A stretch of 64,000 nt of DNA from a bacterium (GTDB lineage Bacteria > Electryoneota > JAOADG01): positions 1,984,001-2,048,000 of the forward strand of contig OY820579.1 of the NCBI GenBank assembly GCA_963681965.1. Direction: 5' to 3'. Each line of letters starts with the position of its first letter. The first letter of the stretch is position 1. The notes beneath the pieces are model-generated. The model was not told where the DNA came from, did no database searches, and worked only from the letters and a program-made list of their open reading frames with translations. The position numbers and the translations under genes are program-made. Below are positions 20,243 through 28,883 of the stretch, in pieces.

Positions 20243-22918
20243 ATGAATATGCCACGAAGAGTACTGGCAATGGTCGCGGTACTCGCGTTGGTTGTCGCTG
20301 CGTTTGCTATTCGTAGCGTTGAACCGGGTAATAAACGGGAGTTGACAAAAATACTTCCGCGCGAACTACCCACATTGCCGAATCACATTTCCGTTCCTCC
20401 CACTCCAGTTGGACCCGTCCGGAGTACCGACGAGTTGAATTCTGCTTGGCAGATTGGAACGACTTATCTCGACTTTTTCACGTATGGCTCGCACAATCGG
20501 TTTCTTGCGCGAGATACGATGGGCGGGTTGCATGCCGCATGGATGAATGCCCGTGCCCCGAGTAACGGCGACCGCGTTGTCGCTTATAACTATCGTGAAC
20601 CGCCGGCTGGCGCATGGGCACTGGCTGGAGCCGGTATCGGTGGCGGAGCTGGGTTCTCTTCGATCGATGTATTGTCCGATGGTCGTGCTGTGATTGCTGC
20701 GCACAAACCTGTGCCGACAACCCCAACAGTACCCGGTGGATACTATACGTTCCTCGCGACCGACGAAGATTATCAGATTTCCGGTTTCAATCCGGTGCAA
20801 ACCCCGAATCCAACGACACTGCCAAACGATACAATTATTTGGCCGGTAATGTCCGTGGATCGTCAAAATCGTGCACAGATCATTTCTCGCGATATGGACG
20901 GTGGGCGTGGCATCCTCTACAACCGAATGTTTTATTCCCGGTCCGATAACAATCAACGCAATTTGTCGTCATTCTCGTATGCTTTCCGCGGTTTCCAGGC
21001 TTCCTACGGATCCGCAACCTCGCGCATTTCCGACAAGGTCGCCGTGGCATGGCCGCAGACTGCAATTCCCGGTGCCTACGAAGATCCGCACGGCTGGCGC
21101 GGTTTCTTAGTCCTTGACTATAACAACGACCTCTGGATATCACAGTCGACTGATGGTGGATCGACTTGGAATTTCGACGATACCCTGCACAACAATATCA
21201 CTAAATTTAAAGTGTGGAATTGGGATCGCTTTACACAGTCGGAAAACTTGGATACGCTTTGGGCGGCAGGCGACACTTTCCGTCACGTCAATGCCACTTC
21301 CATGGTGTACGATAACAACGATCACCTCCACATCGTATTCAACGTTGTGCGCTTTTACGAAGATTTAACTGTCGATACTACGGTTCGCCCGCGCGATGTG
21401 CCAGTGAAACGCGTCGGTTTTATGCCGACGTTGGTGTACCACTGGACCGATGCTGCACCCGACACCTTCAACATCGTTGCCGATGGATGGTGGTGGCCGG
21501 TAGTACTGGATAGCCGCGATCCACCGCGCTGGCGTCAGGAAACCCGTACAACGATCGATCGCATGAGTCTCTCGATTGCCACGAACAACGAACTGTATTG
21601 TGCATTCTCGATGTTCGGCAACACGAATTCCCATGTCGATACCAGTTCGAACGGATATGCAGTTAGCAATATTTGGGTCACGCACTCGGTAGATAACGGT
21701 ACCACTTGGTATTGGCCGACTCCAATTACCGATACGACCAATTCCAATGGCGCCGCTTCCGGTTCCGCACACAGCCGAATTTGGCCGTCGATGCCTGAAG
21801 TGATCGATAACGACTCATTGTACGTTATGTATATCGACGATCGTTCTGCCGGTTCGACTTGGATCGATGGCGGTACTTCGACCGATCCTTTATACAATGA
21901 CTGGACTTTGAATCCGGTGATCGTGCAGTCCGTGGCGAGAAGTGCAATTCGCAGCGACTCGACCTTGACCTATCCTGATTACCCGCCACTGCGTTCGCAG
22001 TATCGCTTCGACCCGAATGCGCCGATTCTCCGCATCACCGGACCGGCACCAGGATTGTATTTGAATTCACCGATCACATTCAACTGGATCTATCGACGAA
22101 TTGCCGATACCTCGCATGTCAAGTTGGAATTGAATCGCGATTATCCCAATGGCGAATGGGAATTGATCGACACACCATTGATTTCCGATACTACTTATTC
22201 CTGGCCATTCGAAGAAGAATACAATCTGCTTCGCGTACGGTTCCGGATTTCGCTACTCAGCAATCCGAATATCTCGGATGTCGTTTCCGAAGATGATGCC
22301 CCGCGCGATCTGTCGCTGGCAACAATTCGGTTGGTTTTTCCGACTAGCGCATATTTGACGAATCCGGTAACGTTGCAGTGGGATTATATCGATACGACTA
22401 CTAACGGCGATATTCGCACCACCGACACTGTCCGGATCGAAGTCATGCAAAATTATCCGAATGGCCAGTGGTCGCTGATCAACTCGGCGCCGATTACCAA
22501 CGACACGATGATGTGGCGATTCGATAATTCGTATTTGAATTCGAGTGTGAAGTTCCGGATTTCGATTCAGCGCGATCCGACGATTAACGACATCACGTGG
22601 CAAACATACAACGTCGTTGCCGGTGTGAATGAGAAGCCGCAAACGAATGTCGTTACGACTTACCAGTTGAAACCGGCATATCCGAATCCCTTCAATCCGT
22701 TTACCACGATCCGGTTTGCTATACCATTCCGCGATCGCGTGACATTGAAGGCATACGATATCACGGGTAAAGAAGTCGCCACGTTGGTCGACAACGTCTT
22801 CAATGCCGGTGAGCAGCGTATTACCTGGCGACCGAGTCGACTTGCCAGCGGGGTCTACTTTATCAAGATGTCAGCAGGTCATATCACCAAGACCGAAAAG
22901 GTCATCTTCATGAAGTAA
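20243..22918 (+). CDS. Secreted protein with BNR-like repeats, two tandem Ig-like domains and T9SS/FlgD-like C-terminal domain
   Basis: AAAGGAG RBS before 20243 and a signal peptide. Asp-boxes STDGGSTW and SVDNGTTW. Duplicated ELNRDYPNGEW / EVMQNYPNGQW domains. AYPNPFNP tail. Confidence 0.85.
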   Translation: MNMPRRVLAMVAVLALVVAAFAIRSVEPGNKRELTKILPRELPTLPNHISVPPTPVGPVRSTDELNSAWQIGTTYLDFFTYGSHNRFLARDTMGGLHAAWMNARAPSNGDRVVAYNYREPPAGAWALAGAGIGGGAGFSSIDVLSDGRAVIAAHKPVPTTPTVPGGYYTFLATDEDYQISGFNPVQTPNPTTLPNDTIIWPVMSVDRQNRAQIISRDMDGGRGILYNRMFYSRSDNNQRNLSSFSYAFRGFQASYGSATSRISDKVAVAWPQTAIPGAYEDPHGWRGFLVLDYNNDLWISQSTDGGSTWNFDDTLHNNITKFKVWNWDRFTQSENLDTLWAAGDTFRHVNATSMVYDNNDHLHIVFNVVRFYEDLTVDTTVRPRDVPVKRVGFMPTLVYHWTDAAPDTFNIVADGWWWPVVLDSRDPPRWRQETRTTIDRMSLSIATNNELYCAFSMFGNTNSHVDTSSNGYAVSNIWVTHSVDNGTTWYWPTPITDTTNSNGAASGSAHSRIWPSMPEVIDNDSLYVMYIDDRSAGSTWIDGGTSTDPLYNDWTLNPVIVQSVARSAIRSDSTLTYPDYPPLRSQYRFDPNAPILRITGPAPGLYLNSPITFNWIYRRIADTSHVKLELNRDYPNGEWELIDTPLISDTTYSWPFEEEYNLLRVRFRISLLSNPNISDVVSEDDAPRDLSLATIRLVFPTSAYLTNPVTLQWDYIDTTTNGDIRTTDTVRIEVMQNYPNGQWSLINSAPITNDTMMWRFDNSYLNSSVKFRISIQRDPTINDITWQTYNVVAGVNEKPQTNVVTTYQLKPAYPNPFNPFTTIRFAIPFRDRVTLKAYDITGKEVATLVDNVFNAGEQRITWRPSRLASGVYFIKMSAGHITKTEKVIFMK

Positions 22919-22934
22919 GTAGTTTTCTGTTGAG

Positions 22935-22966
22935 AAAAGGCGCAGTGAAAGCTGCGCCTTTTTTTT
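22935..22966 (+). terminator. Intrinsic terminator
   Basis: AAAAGGCGCAG-tgaaag-CTGCGCCTTTTTTTT. Confidence 0.88.
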
Positions 22967-23012
22967 GTAAGTCGGTATTTAAGTATCTCTTGAAAATAAG
23001 CGGTTATCGGTA

Positions 23013-23399
23013 GTAGGGGCAGGTCCCTGTGCTTGCCCGATCTGTTATCTTTCTTTGAGTCTTGTATCTTGTATCCGGAAGTACTGCCGATCTCCGAATC
23101 GGCGATTCTCTTCTTTTCCGTAGGTCGGAATTTATTCCGACTCCTTCCTTTTTTAGTAGGGGGGGCATCCCCGCATGCCCCCGCTCTGGTATTTTTATTT
23201 ATTTTGTATCCCGGAGTAGGGGCGGGCTCCCACGCCCGCCCGATCTATTATCTTTCTTTGAGTCTTGTATCTTGTATCCGTTAGTACTGCCGATCTCCGA
23301 ATCGGCAAGACTCTTCTTTACCGTAGGTCAGAACTTGTTCTGACCACCTCCTGTGTCTCAAATTGAAAACAATTAACGCAGTCTAAAGCCTGTGGCTAC
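23013..23399. repeat. Cluster of 8 REP-like palindromes of several types upstream of SBBP paralog 1
   Basis: GTAG/GTAC-plus-hairpin units start at 23013, 23081, 23120, 23156, 23216, 23284 and 23323 (+), with one at 23376-23399 (-). Pyrimidine-rich spacers contain TCTTGTA heptamers. Confidence 0.88.
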
Positions 23400-23426
23400 A
23401 AATTTTCCTTTCACTCATCAAATTGC

Positions 23427-23455
23427 TTGTAAATACTCTCCATCCACATTATTAT
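23427..23455 (+). promoter_or_regulatory. Putative sigma70 promoter of SBBP paralog 1
   Basis: TTGTAA-17 bp-TATTAT, homologous in position and spacer sequence to the paralog 2 promoter. Confidence 0.6.
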
Positions 23456-23485
23456 TGATATACCACCTGTCCGACCGGAGCTACT

Positions 23486-26116
23486 ATGACTTTCCGCCAT
23501 CGTCCTCTTCGCCAACGCCCGCTCGCATTCGCGACGATGCTTGTCTTCGCTCTGTCGATCCTTCTCCCGCAAATTTCTTACGCTGTCACGGTACAATCGA
23601 CGCGACTCCCACACCCATTCCAGTTTACGGAGAATAAGGGACAGTGGGATTCCGCCGTGGTGTATAAATGTGAGGTGCGGCGCGATGGCTTCACTTGGTT
23701 CCTCGAGCGCGATGGTGTCACCCTCGTCACCTCCATCATCGATTCTTCTTCTTTGGTAGGGGCGGTTCGCGAACCGCCCGTGTCCGTTAATGATGCACGA
23801 TTCGATCCCAATGGTCGTATCCATCATTCCCGTTTAAAATCTCACGCGCTCAAATTCAAATTCGTGCAACCATCCGGGGACACGGGCGGTTCGCGAACCG
23901 CCCCTACCATGAATGAATACGCATTCGCGAAATCGATTGATGCACAAGGTGAATTATCGTGGCACAATAATTATTTCTTGGGGAATGATTCCTTGAAGTG
24001 GGCACCGGATTGCCGGAACTTCACGCGCGTGGTGTATCATGATGTGTGGAACGGAATCGATGTCGAGTGGTATGAGAGTAAGGGACATCTCGAATTCGAT
24101 TTAGTAGTGCATCCCGGTGCCGATCCGAAACAGATTGCGATGGTGTGTGAGGGATTGGATGCGCCAATCGCAGGCGGAGGACGGACACTCTTGTCCGTCG
24201 GCTCAATAATTTCTGTCATAAAAAGGAGTCGGACAGGAGTGTCCGACCTCCACTTATCGAATGAACTTTCGCTTCCCACTTCCCTCGGCGAATTGCGAAT
24301 GAGAATTCCGGGAGCTTACCAAACCACTGCGAATGGCACCCGCGGAAACGCTGTCACGGCACAATTCAGACTCGTGTCAGAAAATCTCTTCGCGATCGAT
24401 TTGCCGAATGGGTATTATCCCTCGCAAACGCTCAGAATCGATCCACTGGTGTATAGTACGTATTTGGGAGGTGGTGGAAACGATTATGGAGATGGCATCG
24501 TCGATGACGGTAGTGGGGGAGTCATCGTTTGTGGATGCACAAATAGTTACGATTTTCCCGTCACGGTCGGAGCCATCGATGTTAGCTACAATGGCGCATC
24601 GGTAGGTACTGGCGACTGTTTCATCACAAGAGTGGACAGTACTTTTTCACAACTGATCTACAGTACTTTTCTCGGTGGACCGGGTGACGATCGCGCGGAA
24701 AGTATTGTCTCCGACGACTCTGGTAATTGCACGATCACCGGATATGCAGATTCACAATTCCCTACCACTATTAATGCATATCAAAGGTCATATAATGGGG
24801 GAAGGCGTGATTGTGTCGTTGCCCGTTTAAATAGCTCAGGCTCGCAATTGATATATAGTACTTGTCTCGGTGGTAACGGCTACGATGATGGACATAGCAT
24901 TCTGGCTGGTGATAGTGGAAGTGTCTTTATCGGAGGTTTTACTAATAGTCCGAATTTTCCGACCACTGAAGGCGCATACAACACGACCAGTTCTGGTGGA
25001 TTCGTCGTTCATGTAAACAATACCGGTTCTGGTCTGATCTATAGCACTTTTCTAGGTTATAGTCCGGAATTATGGTCGATTACATCAGATGGTTCGGGGG
25101 GAATACTTGCAACAGGAAGTGCGATCTCAGGACTATATACAACCCCCAATGCGTTCGATACGACTTTTAATGGTGGTGATTTGGATGCATTTGTACTACG
25201 CTTGAATTCGACCGGCTCGCAGTTGCTGTACAGTACTTATCTCGGTGGTTCCGGCGACCGTGAATGGGCAGTTGGGATTACAGGTGATGGAAACGGTAAC
25301 TGTTTTGTAACAGGTTCTACTACCAGTCCCAATTTTCCAATTACAGTCGGTGGGTTTGATACAGTCTATAACGGAGGCACCACAGTTATCGGTGATTGTT
25401 TTATTTCATATCTCAACAGCACTGGATCGAATCTTTTATACAGTACTTATCTCGGTGGTTCTGGTGAGGATGCAGGTAGGGGAATCCTGTACTATGCTGA
25501 TACTAGTGTTACCATTGTGGGGGGAACAAAGGGTACTGACTTTCCAACTACAATAGGCGCTTATTCAGAACACCTTAACGGTACAGGAAACTGTTTTGTA
25601 ACTCATCTTAAAGTCAATACATCTCGATTAATTTACAGCACGTATTTTGGTGGGACAGGCAGCGATGTCGCTTATGCATGTATGAAACACCATTCTGATG
25701 GAATCATTTTTACTGGTATTTGTGGATCGGGTTTTCCCACGACCCCAGAGGTTGGAGATACCAGTTACAACGGTGGTTCTGATGGCTTCATCGCGCGTTT
25801 GACACTTTTTCCGGACTCATCAGCCAGTACACCGGAACGATTCATACAACCATCCGGTTTCGCTTTGGCGCAGAATTACCCGAATCCCTTCAACTCCACC
25901 ACCTCACTCTCCTACACTCTCCCAATCTCATCTCACGTTGATCTTCGTCTCTACGACCTGATGGGGCGCGAAGTTACTACGCTGGTGCAACGCGAACAAA
26001 TTGCCGGAACCTATCGCGTGTTGCTCGATGGTTCGCGCTTGGCGAGTGGAACGTATTTTGTGCGATTGCAGGCGGGAGCGTTTGCGAAGACGCAGAAGAT
26101 TGTTCTATTAAAGTAA
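23486..26116 (+). CDS. Secreted SBBP beta-propeller repeat protein with T9SS/FlgD-like C-terminal domain (paralog 1), with in-frame REP-like inserts
   Basis: Signal peptide. N-domain FTENKGQW...NNYFLGND...W...LEFD.VVHPGADP...LRIDP. Repeated YST(Y/F)LGG.G.D and FP.T.GA units. QNYPNPFN tail. Confidence 0.92.
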   Translation: MTFRHRPLRQRPLAFATMLVFALSILLPQISYAVTVQSTRLPHPFQFTENKGQWDSAVVYKCEVRRDGFTWFLERDGVTLVTSIIDSSSLVGAVREPPVSVNDARFDPNGRIHHSRLKSHALKFKFVQPSGDTGGSRTAPTMNEYAFAKSIDAQGELSWHNNYFLGNDSLKWAPDCRNFTRVVYHDVWNGIDVEWYESKGHLEFDLVVHPGADPKQIAMVCEGLDAPIAGGGRTLLSVGSIISVIKRSRTGVSDLHLSNELSLPTSLGELRMRIPGAYQTTANGTRGNAVTAQFRLVSENLFAIDLPNGYYPSQTLRIDPLVYSTYLGGGGNDYGDGIVDDGSGGVIVCGCTNSYDFPVTVGAIDVSYNGASVGTGDCFITRVDSTFSQLIYSTFLGGPGDDRAESIVSDDSGNCTITGYADSQFPTTINAYQRSYNGGRRDCVVARLNSSGSQLIYSTCLGGNGYDDGHSILAGDSGSVFIGGFTNSPNFPTTEGAYNTTSSGGFVVHVNNTGSGLIYSTFLGYSPELWSITSDGSGGILATGSAISGLYTTPNAFDTTFNGGDLDAFVLRLNSTGSQLLYSTYLGGSGDREWAVGITGDGNGNCFVTGSTTSPNFPITVGGFDTVYNGGTTVIGDCFISYLNSTGSNLLYSTYLGGSGEDAGRGILYYADTSVTIVGGTKGTDFPTTIGAYSEHLNGTGNCFVTHLKVNTSRLIYSTYFGGTGSDVAYACMKHHSDGIIFTGICGSGFPTTPEVGDTSYNGGSDGFIARLTLFPDSSASTPERFIQPSGFALAQNYPNPFNSTTSLSYTLPISSHVDLRLYDLMGREVTTLVQREQIAGTYRVLLDGSRLASGTYFVRLQAGAFAKTQKIVLLK
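23754..23909. repeat. Intragenic inverted REP pair (GTAGGGGCGGTTCGCGAACCGCCC type)
   Basis: 23754-23785 and 23878-23909 are exact reverse complements. They translate as VGAVREPP and TGGSRTAPT. Confidence 0.9.
24176..24251. repeat. Intragenic inverted GGAG-type REP pair
   Basis: GGAGGACGGACACTCTTGTCCGTC (24176-24199) and inverted GTCGGACAGGAGTGTCCGACCTCC (24228-24251). They translate as GGRTLLSV and SRTGVSDL. Confidence 0.85.
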
Positions 26117-26129
26117 TTCATATTGTGAA

Positions 26130-26481
26130 GTAGGGGCGGGCTCCCACGCCCGCCCGCATCTTCTTGGGTAGGGGCGGTTCGCGAACCGCCCGAAACGTGA
26201 TGTCTGAAAGACATCACGCGGATATAAAAATTTATCAATGAATGAATCCGGAAATATTTCTGCGTCATCAATGGATTAGGGCGGTTCGCGAACCGCCCCT
26301 ACCAAAAGATAGATTGCCACGTCCGACGCTTCGCGTCGTCCTCGCAACGACAGATCAGGATACAAGATTCAAGCGGTGGTCAGAACAAGTTCTGACCTAC
26401 GGAAAAGAAGAGACTCGCCCAATCGGAGTTGGGCACTACTACAAAAGATAAAATCACGCAGGCTCGGAGGCCTGCGCCACC
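26130..26481. repeat. Cluster of 7 REP-like palindromes downstream of SBBP paralog 1
   Basis: Units at 26130 and 26168 (+). Units at 26279-26302, 26311-26352, 26378-26402, ~26417-26439 and 26457-26481 (-). Several are identical to upstream or intragenic copies. Confidence 0.88.
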
Positions 26482-26588
26482 AAGACGGAGTTGGACTGTA
26501 CTGATAGATCCCAAAAATCAGATCGCTGACTCGGTGTTCAGAGCTACCCCGTCAACTAGTCACTCGACTCGCACCAAAGATTGAGCCT

Positions 26589-26620
26589 AAAAAAAAGCCG
26601 ACTCTTTCGAGTCGGCTTTT
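26589..26620. terminator. Bidirectional intrinsic terminator (serves tRNA-Gln)
   Basis: AAAAAAAAGCCGACTC-tttc-GAGTCGGCTTTT. Confidence 0.85.
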
Positions 26621-26628
26621 CCTTTGGG

Positions 26629-26699
26629 CTGGGGGACAGGGATTCGAACCCCGATTAACAGATCCAGAGTCTGCGGTCCTACCGTTAGACGATCCCCCA
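26629..26699 (-). tRNA. tRNA-Gln(CTG), CCA not encoded
   Basis: Reverse complement TGGGGGATCGTCTAACGGTAGGACCGCAGACT-CTG-GATCTGTTAATCGGGGTTCGAATCCCTGTCCCCCAG gives a cloverleaf with a GTTCGAATC T-loop. Confidence 0.96.
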
Positions 26700-26807
26700 A
26701 AAGGGCATAACGTGATCGGGGATAAAGGTAGAATATTTTCGGGGCGGATTCAAGTCACGCCCGCTAAGCCCCGTTCTACCTGAGTTTGCTCCGAAAGCTC
26801 GGAGGGT

Positions 26808-27659
26808 CTACCCCTTCGGTGCGAAGTCTGCCGGGAATACCGACCGTAATATTGAATGCCCCTGTTCATGAAGTTGCGGTGCCGATGCCCAAATGCACCC
26901 CTGCTCTAATGGATCGTCGCCCTGCGCAAAGCTGCCGACGCGACCACCCGCTTCGCGCACAATGACGTCTCCAGCGGCGATATCCCAAGGCGATAAATTT
27001 AGTTCCCAATAGCCGTCCAGAACGCCTTGCGCGACCCAGCACAGATCCACTGATGCTGCCCCGCATCGCCGCATCGAACTCCCCGCCAGAAACAGTTTCC
27101 GCCATGCTTCGAGATATAAATCGGTGCAATTCTTGATCCGGAACGGAAAACCGGTTGCAAAAATCGCATCGCAAAAAGCGATCTCGCGATTCACTGAAAT
27201 CGGCTTCCCATTGCGCGTTGCCCCAAGTCCTTTTGCCGCACGATATAAATCGTTGCTCGCGGGATTGAATACTACGCCGGCAATCCGCTCACCGAATCGC
27301 TGCCCTGTCTTTTTCACTAAGCGACGATCCTCTAACCCGATCGATACTGCGAATACCGGCAAACCGCGTAAAAAATTTGTCGTACCGTCGAGTGGATCGA
27401 TGATCCAGCGATAATCGGCGCCGGAATCGATCGAATTCCCTTCTTCACCGAGAAAATCGAATGTTGGATATAATTCACGGAGCTGATTGAGGCAGAGCTG
27501 TTCCGTCTCTTTGTCGGCGATACTCACAAAATCGTGTGCTGCCTTGGTAACGATCTGCGCATCGGCGATCTTCCCGTAATACTGCATCAATAGCGCACCG
27601 GCATTGCGCGCCACGCCGGTCATATCTTCCAGGACTTGCTGTAAATCGAGTTCAGACAT
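26808..27659 (-). CDS. suhB: Inositol monophosphatase family protein
   Basis: GEE, WIIDPLDGTTNF, RRCGAASVDLC, WDIAAG. Confidence 0.93.
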   Translation of the reverse strand: MSELDLQQVLEDMTGVARNAGALLMQYYGKIADAQIVTKAAHDFVSIADKETEQLCLNQLRELYPTFDFLGEEGNSIDSGADYRWIIDPLDGTTNFLRGLPVFAVSIGLEDRRLVKKTGQRFGERIAGVVFNPASNDLYRAAKGLGATRNGKPISVNREIAFCDAIFATGFPFRIKNCTDLYLEAWRKLFLAGSSMRRCGAASVDLCWVAQGVLDGYWELNLSPWDIAAGDVIVREAGGRVGSFAQGDDPLEQGCIWASAPQLHEQGHSILRSVFPADFAPKG

Positions 27660-27680
27660 TGTTAAAACCTAATAAAAATA

Positions 27681-28757
27681 CTACATGGCATCAGGAGGTA
27701 AATCGAGCGATTCCGACTCTCCGTTGCTATCGGTCGGTGGATTCTTCGATGCCAGCCAGATCCTGCCGATCACGAACAGAATTAAAATCGCGATAATAAT
27801 CATCGTGCCGATCGGATCCCACACTACCGAGATTGCCTTCATATGATAGGGACCACCGTGACGCAATTTCTTGCCATCCCATTTCCAGACCAACGTGTCG
27901 GCATGAGAAGTATCTGCATTCGATGAAATCAATTTACCGTCAATTTTCAATTCGATGTACTGCTCTTCGTCTTCGAGATCGCGATAAGTGTCAAAGACTT
28001 TTTTCAATTGACTTGAGACAACGATGCCGTGTTGCACCTGATCGGGGGATAATGCGGTCGGCAGTATGGAATCGGTGATGAAATTCCAGAAATCGAGATC
28101 GTTGGTCGCCGGTGAATCCATATTCAAGCGCTTGAACCAGACTTGCGAGAGTGAATCGCCCCAGCTTTTCGCACGATCTTCGGAAAACAATTTCAGACTG
28201 TCTGCCACTTTGGTGAACATATCACTAACGATAAGTCGGTAGTACTCCAAAATGTTTTTACCGTGTGCCAATTCAAGTCTTTCCTGAGTATCGGCGGTAA
28301 ATGGAAAACCGATTTTTTTGAGCGAATCGACCGGCGAAGTTGGCAACCCGCTCTCCGGATCGGGGAAAGGTAGCATTGCGGCACCCGGAAGCGTCGCTTG
28401 CACCGAGCGTAATTGACATAACCCGAAATAGTATTTATGGAATTGCAATACCGGTGTGATGGGGGATGGATCGGCAATCAATAGCGGTTTCGAATCGGGA
28501 TCGCGACCATTCCATTTTCCACTCTGTCCAAACGATCCATCGACATCTTTTTGTGTCGAGACTGGTTGGCTGAGGATCCAAGGTTCACCATATCTCGGCA
28601 GTTGACCGGTCATGATATCGGCACTATCACCTGACCAGAATAGCGTCAATTCCGGTTTACTGTGCGCTTGCCAGCGAATGAACAGTCGCCGTTCGAGACA
28701 GCCGCTGGAACAGATTCCCAATGCGAGCAATATGAGAAGTAGGATTCGGGTTTTCAT
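27681..28757 (-). CDS. Hypothetical lipoprotein with additional C-terminal TM helix
   Basis: MKTRILLLILLALGICSSGC lipobox, SNAD...LVWKW motif, hydrophobic C-terminal helix. Confidence 0.7.
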   Translation of the reverse strand: MKTRILLLILLALGICSSGCLERRLFIRWQAHSKPELTLFWSGDSADIMTGQLPRYGEPWILSQPVSTQKDVDGSFGQSGKWNGRDPDSKPLLIADPSPITPVLQFHKYYFGLCQLRSVQATLPGAAMLPFPDPESGLPTSPVDSLKKIGFPFTADTQERLELAHGKNILEYYRLIVSDMFTKVADSLKLFSEDRAKSWGDSLSQVWFKRLNMDSPATNDLDFWNFITDSILPTALSPDQVQHGIVVSSQLKKVFDTYRDLEDEEQYIELKIDGKLISSNADTSHADTLVWKWDGKKLRHGGPYHMKAISVVWDPIGTMIIIAILILFVIGRIWLASKNPPTDSNGESESLDLPPDAM

Positions 28758-28883
28758 ATTGAATACCTGTCTGAGTGTGGACAATTACACCAAATGATCG
28801 GTAATTGATCACCGTTCTTAATCGATAAACCGACTTCAGAGAACCGAATGGAATGTTAAAGTGTACCTAAATCACAACACAAA

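Noticed and set aside
23033-23343. Short ORFs in the repeat clusters (also 26242-26451, 39760-40002, 41496-41981)
   Set aside because: They are translations of palindromic repeats with no RBS or protein-like character.
23013-23399. CRISPR array
   Set aside because: Repeats are not identical, spacing is irregular, linkers are duplicated rather than unique, and no cas genes are present. It fits REP-like clusters.
26440-26699. Integrative element or prophage att site at tRNA-Gln
   Set aside because: No integrase and no duplicated tRNA 3' end seen in the window.
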